Under the pieces are notes generated by a model, which was not told the origin of the DNA, did not search any database, and saw nothing but the letters and a program-made list of their open reading frames with translations. Source: Eledone cirrhosa (Eukaryota). From it: a DNA stretch of 64,000 nt. Position numbers and translations under genes: made by a program. Positions 51,901-63,041 of this stretch are shown in pieces. The stretch covers positions 111,342 to 175,341 of the forward strand of contig CAXHJY010001547.1 of assembly GCA_964016885.1 (NCBI GenBank), read 5' to 3'. The stretch's first letter is position 1; each line of letters starts with the position of its first letter.

Positions 51901-54900
51901 CATGAAGACATTCCTGACTCTGTTTAGCTGTTGTATTAGTGTAGCTGAAGGTTGGCCATCATGAAGACATTCCTGACTCTGTTTAGCTGTTGTATTAGTG
52001 TAGCCGCAAAGTTGGCCATCATGAAGACATTCCTGACTCAGTTTAGCTGTTGTATTAGTGTAGCTGCAAGGCTGGCCATCATGAAGACATTCCTGACTCA
52101 GTTTAGCTGTTGTATTAGTGTAGCTGCAAGGCTGGCCATCATGAAGACGTTCCTGACTCAGTTTAGCTGTTGTATTAGTGTAGCTGCAAGGCTGGCCATC
52201 ATGAAGACATTCCTGACTCAGTTTAGCTGTTGTATTAGTGTAGCTGCAAGGCTGGCCATCATGAAGACATTCCTGACTCAGTTTAGCTGTTGTATTACTG
52301 TAGCTGCAAGGCTGGCCATCATGAAGACATTCCTGACTCAGTTTAGCTGTTGTATTAGTGTAGCTGCAAGGCTGGCCATCATGAAGACATTCCTGACTCT
52401 GTTTAGCTGTTGTATTACTGTAGCTGCAAGGTTGGCCATCATGAAGACATTCCTGACTCTGTTTAGCTGTTGTATTAGTGTAGCTGCAAGGCTGGCCATC
52501 ATGAAGACATTCCTGACTCTGTTTAGCTGTTGTATTAGTGTAGCTGCAAGGTTGGCCATCATGAAGACATTCCTGACTCTGTTTAGCTGTTGTATTAGTG
52601 TAGCTGCAAGGTTGGCCATCATGAAGACATTCCTGACTCTGTTTAGCTGTTGTATTAGTGTAACTGCAAGGCTGGCCATCATGAAGACATTCCTGACTCT
52701 GTTTAGCTGTTGTATTAGTGTAGCTGAAGGTTGGCCATCATGAAGACATTCCTGACTCTGTTTAGCTGTTGTATTAGTGTAGCTGCAAGGTTGGCCATCA
52801 TGAAGACATTCCTGACTCTGTTTAGCTGTTGTATTAGTGTAGCTGCAAGGTTGGCCATCATGAAGACATTCCTGACTCTGTTTAGCTGTTGTATTAGTGT
52901 AGCTGCAAGGCTGGCCATCATGAAGACATTCCTGACTCTGTTTAGCTGTTGTATTAGTGTAGCTGCAAGGTTGGCCATCATGAAGACATTCCTGACTCTG
53001 TTTAGCTGTTGTATTAGTGTAGCTGCAAGGTTGGCCATCATGAAGACATTCCTGACTCTGTTTAGCTGTTGTATTAGTGTAGCTGCAAGGATGGCCATCA
53101 TGAAGACATTCCTGACTCTGTTTAGCTGTTGCATTAGTGTAGCTGCAAGGTTGGCAATCATGAAGACATTCCTGACTCTGTTTAGCTGTTGTATTAGTGT
53201 AGCTGCAAGGTTGGCCATCATGAAGACATTCCTGACTCTGTTTAGCTGTTGTATTAGTGTAGCTGCAAGGCTGGCCATCATGAAGACATTCCTGACTCTG
53301 TTTAGCTGTTCTATTAGTGTAGCTGAAGGTTGGCCATCATGAAGACATTCCTGACTCTGTTTAGCTGTTGTATTAGTGTAGCTGCAAGGTTGGCCATCAT
53401 GAAGACATTCCTGACTCAGTTTAGCTGTTGTATTAGTGTAGCTGCAAGGCTGGCCATCATGAAGACATTCCTGACTCAGTTTAGCTGTTGTATTAGTGTA
53501 GCTGCAAGGCTGGCCATCATGAAGACACTCCTGACTCAGTTTAGCTGTTGTATTAGTGTAGCTGCAAGGCTGGCCATCATGAAGACATTCCTGACTCAGT
53601 TTAGCTGTTGTATTAGTGTAGCTGCAAGGCTGGCCATCATGAAGACATTCCTGACTCTGTTTAGCTGTTGTATTAGTGTAGCTGCAAGGCTGGCCATCAT
53701 GAAGACATTCCTGACTCTGTTTAGCTGTGGTATTAGTGTAGCTGCAAGGTTGGCCATCATGAAGACATTCCTGACTCTGTTTAGCTGTTGTATTAGTGTA
53801 GCTGCAAGGCTGGCCATCATGAAGACATTCCTGACTCTGTTTAGCTGTTGTATTAGTGTAGCTGAAGGTTGGCCATCATGAAGACATTCCTGACTCTGTT
53901 TAGCTGTTGTATTAGTGTAGCTGCAAGGTTGGCCATCATGAAGACATTCCTGACTCTGTTTAGCTGTTGTATTAGTGTAGCTGCAAGGTTGGCCATCATG
54001 AAGACATTCCTGACTCTGTTTAGCTGTTGTATTAGTGTAGCTGCAAGGTTGGCCATCATGAAGACATTCCTGACTCTGTTTAGCTGTTGCATTAGTGTAG
54101 CTGCAAGGTTGGCAATCATGAAGACATTCCTGACTCTGTTTAGCTGTTGTATTAGTGTAGCTGCAAGGTTGGCCATCATGAAGACATTCCTGACTCTGTT
54201 TAGCTGTTGTATTAGTGTAGCTGCAAGGCTGGCCATCATGAAGACATTCCTGACTCTGTTTAGCTGTTGTATTAGTGTAGCTGCAAGGTTGGCCATCATG
54301 AAGACATTCCTGACTCTGTTTAGCTGTTGTATTAGTGTAGCTGCAAGGTTGGCCATCATGAAGACATTCCTGACTCAGTTTAGCTGTTGTATTAGTGTAG
54401 CTGCAAGGCTGGCCATCATGAAGACATTTCTGACTCAGTTTAGCTGTTGTATTAGTGTAGCTGCAAGGCTGGCCATCATGAAGACATTCCTGACTCAGTT
54501 TAGCTGTTGTATTAGTGTAGCTGCAAGGCTGGCCATCATGAAGACATTCCTGACTCAGTTTAGCTGTTGTATTAGTGTAGCTGCAAGGCTGGCCATCATG
54601 AAGACATTCCTGACTCTGTTTAGCTGTTGTATTACTGTAGCTGCAAGGTTGGCCATCATGAAGACATTCCTGACTCTGTTTAGCTGTTGTATTAGTGTAG
54701 CTGCAAGGCTGGCCATCATGAAGACATTCCTGACTCTATTTAGCTGTTGTATTAGTGTAGCTGCAAGGTTGGCCATCATGAAGACATTCCTGACTCTGTT
54801 TAGCTGTTGTATTAGTGTAGCTGCAAGGCTGGCCATCATGAAGACATTCCTGACTCTGTTTAGCTGTTGTATTAGTGTAGCTGCAAGGTTGGCCATCATG

Positions 54901-57900
54901 AAGACATTCCTGACTCTGTTTAGCTGTTGTATTAGTGTAGCTGCAAGGTTGGCCATCATGAAGACATTCCTGACTCTGTTTAGCTGTTGTATTAGTGTAG
55001 CTGCAAGGCTGGCCATCATGAAGACATTCCTGACTCTGTTTAGCTGTTGTATTAGTGTAGCTGCAAGGCTTGCCATCATGAAGACATTCCTGACTCAGTT
55101 TCGCTGTTGTATTAGTGTAGCTGCAAGGCTGGCCATCATGAAGACATTCCTGACTCAGTTTAGCTGTTGTATTAGTGTAGCTGCAAGGCTGGCCATCATG
55201 AAGACATTCCTGACTCAGTTTAGCTGTTGTATTACTGTAGCTGCAAGGCTGGCCATCATGAAGACATTCCTGACTCAGTTTAGCTGTTGTATTAGTGTAG
55301 CTGCAAGGCTGGCCATCATGAAGACATTCCTGACTCTGTTTAGCTGTTGTATTACTGTAGCTGCAAGGTTGGCCATCATGAAGACATTCCTGACTCTGTT
55401 TAGCTGTTGTATTAGTGTAGCTGCAAGGCTGGCCATCATGAAGACATTCCTGACTCTGTTTAGCTGTTGTATTAGTGTAGCTGCAAGGTTGGCCATCATG
55501 AAGACATTCCTGACTCTGTTTAGCTGTTGTATTAGTGTAGCTGCAAGGTTGGCCATCATGAAGACATTCCTGACTCTGTTTAGCTGTTGTATTAGTGTAA
55601 CTGCAAGGCTGGCCATCATGAAGACATTCCTGACTCTGTTTAGCTGTTGTATTAGTGTAGCTGAAGGTTGGCCATCATGAAGACATTCCTGACTCTGTTT
55701 AGCTGTTGTATTAGTGTAGCTGCAAGGTTGGCCATCATGAAGACATTCCTGACTCTGTTTAGCTGTTGTATTAGTGTAGCTGCAAGGTTGGCCATCATGA
55801 AGACATTCCTGACTCTGTTTAGCTGTTGTATTAGTGTAGCTGCAAGGCTGGCCATCATGAAGACATTCCTGACTCTGTTTAGCTGTTGTATTAGTGTAGC
55901 TGCAAGGTTGGCCATCATGAAGACATTCCTGACTCTGTTTAGCTGTTGTATTAGTGTAGCTGCAAGGTTGGCCATCATGAAGACATTCCTGACTCTGTTT
56001 AGCTGTTGTATTAGTGTAGCTGCAAGGATGGCCATCATGAAGACATTCCTGACTCTGTTTAGCTGTTGCATTAGTGTAGCTGCAAGGTTGGCAATCATGA
56101 AGACATTCCTGACTCTGTTTAGCTGTTGTATTAGTGTAGCTGCAAGGTTGGCCATCATGAAGACATTCCTGACTCTGTTTAGCTGTTGTATTAGTGTAGC
56201 TGCAAGGCTGGCCATCATGAAGACATTCCTGACTCTGTTTAGCTGTTCTATTAGTGTAGCTGAAGGTTGGCCATCATGAAGACATTCCTGACTCTGTTTA
56301 GCTGTTGTATTAGTGTAGCTGCAAGGTTGGCCATCATGAAGACATTCCTGACTCAGTTTAGCTGTTGTATTAGTGTAGCTGCAAGGCTGGCCATCATGAA
56401 GACATTCCTGACTCAGTTTAGCTGTTGTATTAGTGTAGCTGCAAGGCTGGCCATCATGAAGACACTCCTGACTCAGTTTAGCTGTTGTATTAGTGTAGCT
56501 GCAAGGCTGGCCATCATGAAGACATTCCTGACTCAGTTTAGCTGTTGTATTAGTGTAGCTGCAAGGCTGGCCATCATGAAGACATTCCTGACTCTGTTTA
56601 GCTGTTGTATTAGTGTAGCTGCAAGGCTGGCCATCATGAAGACATTCCTGACTCTGTTTAGCTGTGGTATTAGTGTAGCTGCAAGGTTGGCCATCATGAA
56701 GACATTCCTGACTCTGTTTAGCTGTTGTATTAGTGTAGCTGCAAGGCTGGCCATCATGAAGACATTCCTGACTCTGTTTAGCTGTTGTATTAGTGTAGCT
56801 GAAGGTTGGCCATCATGAAGACATTCCTGACTCTGTTTAGCTGTTGTATTAGTGTAGCTGCAAGGTTGGCCATCATGAAGACATTCCTGACTCTGTTTAG
56901 CTGTTGTATTAGTGTAGCTGCAAGGTTGGCCATCATGAAGACATTCCTGACTCTGTTTAGCTGTTGTATTAGTGTAGCTGCAAGGTTGGCCATCATGAAG
57001 ACATTCCTGACTCTGTTTAGCTGTTGCATTAGTGTAGCTGCAAGGTTGGCAATCATGAAGACATTCCTGACTCTGTTTAGCTGTTGTATTAGTGTAGCTG
57101 CAAGGTTGGCCATCATGAAGACATTCCTGACTCTGTTTAGCTGTTGTATTAGTGTAGCTGCAAGGCTGGCCATCATGAAGACATTCCTGACTCTGTTTAG
57201 CTGTTGTATTAGTGTAGCTGCAAGGTTGGCCATCATGAAGACATTCCTGACTCTGTTTAGCTGTTGTATTAGTGTAGCTGCAAGGTTGGCCATCATGAAG
57301 ACATTCCTGACTCAGTTTAGCTGTTGTATTAGTGTAGCTGCAAGGCTGGCCATCATGAAGACATTTCTGACTCAGTTTAGCTGTTGTATTAGTGTAGCTG
57401 CAAGGCTGGCCATCATGAAGACATTCCTGACTCAGTTTAGCTGTTGTATTAGTGTAGCTGCAAGGCTGGCCATCATGAAGACATTCCTGACTCAGTTTAG
57501 CTGTTGTATTAGTGTAGCTGCAAGGCTGGCCATCATGAAGACATTCCTGACTCTGTTTAGCTGTTGTATTACTGTAGCTGCAAGGTTGGCCATCATGAAG
57601 ACATTCCTGACTCTGTTTAGCTGTTGTATTAGTGTAGCTGCAAGGCTGGCCATCATGAAGACATTCCTGACTCTATTTAGCTGTTGTATTAGTGTAGCTG
57701 CAAGGTTGGCCATCATGAAGACATTCCTGACTCTGTTTAGCTGTTGTATTAGTGTAGCTGCAAGGCTGGCCATCATGAAGACATTCCTGACTCTGTTTAG
57801 CTGTTGTATTAGTGTAGCTGCAAGGTTGGCCATCATGAAGACATTCCTGACTCTGTTTAGCTGTTGTATTAGTGTAGCTGCAAGGTTGGCCATCATGAAG

Positions 57901-60135
57901 ACATTCCTGACTCTGTTTAGCTGTTGTATTAGTGTAGCTGCAAGGCTGGCCATCATGAAGACATTCCTGACTCTGTTTAGCTGTTGTATTAGTGTAGCTG
58001 CAAGGCTTGCCATCATGAAGACATTCCTGACTCAGTTTCGCTGTTGTATTAGTGTAGCTGCAAGGCTGGCCATCATGAAGACATTCCTGACTCTGTTTAG
58101 CTGCTGTATTAGTGTAGCTGCAAGGCTGGCCATCATGAAGACATTCCTGACTCTGTTTAGCTGTTGTATTAGTGTAGCTGCAAGGCTGGCCATCATGAAG
58201 ACATTCCTGACTCTGTTTAACTGTTGTATTAGTGTAGCTGTAAGGTTGGCAATCATGAAGACATTCCTGACTCTGTTTAGCTGTTGTATTAGTGTAGCTG
58301 CAAGGTTGGCCATCATGAAGACATTCCTGACTCTGTTTAGCTGTTGTATTAGTGTAGCTGCAAGGCTGGCCATCATGAAGACATTCCTGACTCTGTTTAG
58401 CTGTTGTATTAGTGTAGCTGAAGGTTGGCCATCATGAAGACATTCCTGACTCTGTTTAGCTGTTGTTTTAGTGTAGCTGCAAGGTTGGCCATGATGAAGA
58501 CATTCCTGACTCAGTTTAGCTGTTGTATTAGTGTAGCTGCAAGGCTGGCCATCATGAAGACATTCCTGACTCAGTTTAGCTGTTGTATTAGTGTAGCTGC
58601 AAGGCTGGCCATCATGAAGACATTCCTGACTCAGTTTAGCTGTTGTATTAGTGTTGCTGCAAGGTTGGCCATCATGAAGACATTCCTGACTCAGTTTAGC
58701 TGTTGTATTAGTGTAGCTGCAAGGCTGGCCATCATGAAGACATTCCTGACTCTGTTTAGCTGTTGTATTAGTGTAGCTGCAAGGCTGGCCATCATGAAGA
58801 CATTCCTGACTCTGTTTAGCTGTTGTATTAGTGTAGCTGCAAGGTTGGCCATCATGAAGACATTCCTGACTCTGTTTAGCTGTTGTATTAGTGTAGCTGC
58901 AAGGCTTGCCATCATGAAGACATTCCTGACTCTGTTTAGCTGTTGTATTAGTGTAGCTGCAAGGCTTGCCATCATGAAGACATTCCTGACTCTGTTTAGC
59001 TGTTGTATTAGTGTAGCTGCAAGGCTGGCCATCATGAAGACATTCCTGACTCTGTTTAGCTGTTGTATTAGTGTAGCTGCAAGGTTGGCCATCATGAAGA
59101 CATTCCTGACTCTGTTTAGCTGTTGTATTAGTGTAGCTGCAAGGTTGGCCATCATGAAGACATTCCTGACTCTGTTTAGCTGTTGTATTAGTGTAGCTGC
59201 AAGGTTGGCCATCATGAAGACATTCCTGACTCTGTTTAGCTGTTGCATTAGTGTAGCTGCAAGGCTGGCCATCATGAAGACATTCCTGACTCAGTTTAGC
59301 TGTTGTATTAGTGTAGCTGCAAGGCTGGCCATCATGAAGACATTCCTGACTCAGTTTAGCTGTTGTATTAGTGTAGCTGCAAGGCTGGCCATCATGAAGA
59401 CATTCCTGACTCAGTTTAGCTGTTGTATTAGTGTAGCTGCAAGGCTGGCCATCATGAAGACATTCCTGACTCTGTTTAGCTGTTGTATTAGTGTAGCTGC
59501 AAGGTTGGCCATCATGAAGACATTCCTGACTCTGTTTAGCTGTTGCATTAGTGTAGCTGCAAGGTTGGCCATCATGAAGACATTCCTGACTCTGTTTAGC
59601 TGTTGCATTAGTGTAGCTGCAAGGCTGGCCATCATGAAGACATTCCTGACTCTGTTTAGCTGTTGTATTAGTGTAGCTGCAAGGCTGGCCATCATGAAGA
59701 CATTCCTGACTCAGTTTAGCTGTTGTATTAGTGTAGCTGCAAGGCTGGCCATCATGAAGACATTCCTGACTCAGTTTAGCTGTTGTATTAGTGTAGCTGC
59801 AAGGCTGGCCATCATGAAGACATTCCTGACTCAGTTTAGCTGTTGTATTAGTGTAGCTGCAAGGCTGGCCATCATGAAGACATTCCTGACTCTGTTTAGC
59901 TGTTGTATTAGTGTAGCTGCAAGGCTGGCCATCATGAAGACATTCCTGACTCTGTTTAGCTGTTGTATTAGTGTAGCTGCAAGGCTGGCCATCATGAAGA
60001 CATTCCTGACTCTGTTTAGCTGTTGTATTAGTGTAGCTGCAAGGTTGGCCATCATGAAGACATTCCTGACTCTGTTTAGCTGTTGTATTAGTGTAGCTGC
60101 AAGGCTGGCCATCATGAAGACATTCCTGACTCAGT
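12973..60135. repeat. 60-bp satellite, ~786 head-to-tail copies (47.2 kb)
   Basis: Consensus TGTTTAGCTGTTGTATTAGTGTAGCTGCAAGGYTGGCCATCATGAAGACATTCCTGACTC; typically 0-3 differences per monomer; no insertions or inversions seen. Confidence 0.99.
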
Positions 60136-60437
60136 GGCAGATATTCATCAATCTGGTGGTGAATTGTTAACAGTTTGGAGAAACAGAAAACTTAACTGTT
60201 CATGATCAAGATTACAGTTTTTCTGACAACTGCAGTTTATATTGTCGTTAGATTTTGACAATTAAGGAAACACGTGATTGATGAGGTTTTAATGAGTTAG
60301 GAATTCAGATCTGTGACTGAATTTATCATCTCCAGAATTACATCTGGATTTTGACTAAAGTTAAGAACATTATCCTAAAATGATGACTCACAGGAAGGAA
60401 CCCATTATAAGTTGTTGAGGACTTTATTATTTTGATT

Positions 60438-60630
60438 GGCGGTGGATTGGCAGTATTGGTAGAGGGTCGGACGCCATGCTTTGATGCATAGATTTACGGC
60501 CCTTGCCATTCTGAGTTCAAATCCTGCCGAGATTAACTTTGCTTTTCATCCTTACGGGGTCGATAAAATAAAGTACCAGTAATGCACTGGATAATTGCTG
60601 GCCTTGTGCTAAAAGTAGAAACAATTATTT
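60438..60630 (+). mobile_element. SINE family A, full length
   Basis: A box, B box, central domain and tail. Confidence 0.85.
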
Positions 60631-60642
60631 GAGACTGGATTG

Positions 60643-60758
60643 GTCAAATCCCGCCAAGGTTAACTTTGCCTTTCATCCTTGTGGGTTCGATAAAATAAAG
60701 TACCAGTAATACACTGAGATAATTGCTGGCCTTGTATCAAAAGTAGAAACAATTATTT
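60643..60758 (+). mobile_element. SINE family A, 5'-truncated
   Basis: TCAAATCCCGCC...GAAACAATTATTTGAGAC. Confidence 0.8.
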
Positions 60759-60889
60759 GAGACCTGAGAGTATGTAAAATATTCTTCTACTTTTCCCATT
60801 CTAATATTGAACAACCTTGTATTTATTGAACAAAAGTTATACAATGATGGAAATATTAAAAAAAGATAAAGACAAAATTGTTGAACAAA

Positions 60890-61228
60890 GAGGGGAAGGG
60901 ATAAAGAAGGGCAGATCTGGCTGTATAGGAAAGTAGAGGGCTATAGATGACATAAATGTGGAGGGAAAGGGTAAAGAAGGGCAGATCTGGCTGTAGGGGA
61001 AAGTAGAGGGCTATAGATGACATAAATGTGAAGGAGGGAAAGGGTAAAGATGGGCAGATCTGGCTGTAGGGGAAAGTAGAGGGCTATAGATGACATAAAT
61101 GTGAAGGAGAGAAAGAGTAAAGAAGAGCAGATCTGGCTGTATAGGAAAGTAGAGGGCTATAGATGACATAAATGTGAAGGAGGGAAAGGGTAAAGAAGGG
61201 CAGATCTGGCTGTAGAGGAAAGTAGAGG
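60890..61228 (+). repeat. ~73-bp purine-rich minisatellite, ~4.5 copies
   Basis: GCAGATCTGGCTGTA recurs at 60911, 60981, 61054, 61127 and 61200. Confidence 0.9.
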
Positions 61229-61485
61229 AAAGGGCAATAAATGCCATGAGAGGAAAAGGAGGGAAAAGCAAGGACTATTAGGCAACGGAAGAAAGGATAA
61301 AAAGGAGAAGGTGACAGACTCTACACCTAGGTCAGGGCAGTGTTTCAGCTGAGCCCCATGGATAAAATTGCAAAGGTATTTCCTCAGACAATGGCACCAG
61401 GGTTCCTTCCCCAGACAGACTGCTGACATTCTGATTTTATGGAGAAACTTGGCTGTATGGGGTCTACGGATGTCTGAAGTCAAGA

Positions 61486-61993
61486 CAGTGACCGGTTCAT
61501 GGCTGTACAGGGTCTACAGTGACTAGTACATGGTTGTACAAGGTCTACAGTGACCGGTACATGGCTGTACAAGGTCTACAGTAACCAGTACATGGCTGTA
61601 CAAGTCTACAGTGACTAGTACATGGCTGTACAATGTCTACAGTAACCAGTACATGGCTGTACAAGGTCTACAGTGACCAGTACATGGCTCTACAGGGTCT
61701 ACAGTGACCAGTACATGGCTGTACAAGGTCTACAGTGACCAGTACATGGCTGTACAAGGTCTACAGTAACCAGTACATGGCTGTACAAGGTCTACAGTGA
61801 CCAGTACATGGCTGTACAAGGTCTACAGTGACCAGTACATGGCTGTACAAGGTCTACAGTAACCAGTACATGGCTGTACAAGGTCTACAGTGACCAGTAC
61901 ATGGCTGTACAAGGTCTACAGTGACCAGTACATGGCTGTACAAGGTCTACAGTGATCAGTACATGGCTGTACAAGGTCTACAGTGACCAGTAC
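61486..61993 (+). repeat. 31-bp minisatellite, ~16 copies
   Basis: Unit ACAGTGACCAGTACATGGCTGTACAAGGTCT. Confidence 0.95.
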
Positions 61994-62132
61994 AAAGAGG
62001 AAGTGACGAGACAATAATTAGTTTGAGTTTACATTTCTTTATAAATACATTTTCTTTATCTGAAATTGTTCTGTAGTATTGTTGATCCATTGATAATATG
62101 GAAGATTGGGGGCAGAGTGTGTTGAGTGAGAA

Positions 62133-62440
62133 GGTATATGGCTTTGTGGTTAGGGTATTTGGCTCACAATCGTAAGGCTGTGAGTTCCATTCCTGGCAGC
62201 ATGTTGTGTCCTTGAGCAAGACTCTTTACTTCATGTTGCTCCAGTCAGCTGGCAAAAATGAGTTGAACTTGTAATGTAAATGACCGGCCTTGTTACATTC
62301 TGTATCATGCTGAATCTCCCAGAGAACTACAATAATGGAATGCATGTCTGTGGAATGCTCAGCGACTTGTACTTTAATAGTATCACAAGCAGGCTGTTCT
62401 GTTGATTGTATCAACTGGAAGACTCGTCGTTGTAACCAAC
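62133..62440 (+). mobile_element. SINE family B (tRNA head + CORE-like domain)
   Basis: TGGCTTTGTGG...GAGTTCCATTCC...GTGTCCTTGAGCAAG. Confidence 0.65.
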
Positions 62441-62580
62441 AGTGTTAATATTTCTCCAACATAAATCTCTCTTCCCTCTCATCAGTATTTCTCTTCTATT
62501 GTACTGACATATTTCTTAATGAAGTCATTTGGTTCTTCATTGCTAGACATGTTTATCCTATATAACCTTTACTACACTCA

Positions 62581-62760
62581 TTGGCAGTATTGGTAGAGAG
62601 TCGGACGCCATGCTTTCCAGCAGAGTTACGTCCCTTTATGGTCTGAGTTCAAATCCCACTGAGGTTAACTTTGCCTTTCATCATTACGGGGTCGATAAAA
62701 TAAAGTACCAGTAATGTACTGGGTAATTGCTGGCCTTGTGCCAAATGTAGAAACAATTAT
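62581..62760 (+). mobile_element. SINE family A
   Basis: TTGGCAGTATTGGTAGAG...GAAACAATTAT. Confidence 0.85.
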
Positions 62761-62767
62761 ATTTAAT

Positions 62768-62977
62768 AGATTAGCAGTAATTGGTAGAGTGTCGGACAAC
62801 ATGCTTTGTGGCATATAATTATGTTCATTTACATTCTGAGTTCAAATCCTACTGAGGTTAGCTTTACCTTTCATCATTACGGGGTCGATAAAAGAAAGTA
62901 CCAGTAATGCACTGGGGTCGATATAATCAATCTTTCTTTCCACAAAAAAATGTTGGCCTTGTGCCTAAATTGGAAAC
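62768..62977 (+). mobile_element. SINE family A (longer 3' variant), followed by (CAT)n
   Basis: Same head and centre; 3' part resembles the 9384 copy. Confidence 0.8.
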
Positions 62978-63041
62978 ATCATCATCATCATCACAGGTTA
63001 ACGTCCATTTTTCCATACTGGCATGGACAACATGCTTTGCA

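Noticed and set aside
12973-60135. CRISPR-like array
   Set aside because: There are no unique spacers; monomers abut directly, and no cas genes are present. The same applies to the 31- and 34-bp arrays.
12938-60170. Dozens of long tracked ORFs (LFSCCISVAARLAIMKTFLT)n and (MMASLAATLIQQLNRVRNVF)n
   Set aside because: They are translations of a 60-bp monomer, broken by recurring indels and stops, with no unique domains. Not called as CDS.
62977-63027. Possible antisense RTE LINE 3' tail after (CAT)n
   Set aside because: Only ~30 bp; it cannot be supported without a database match.
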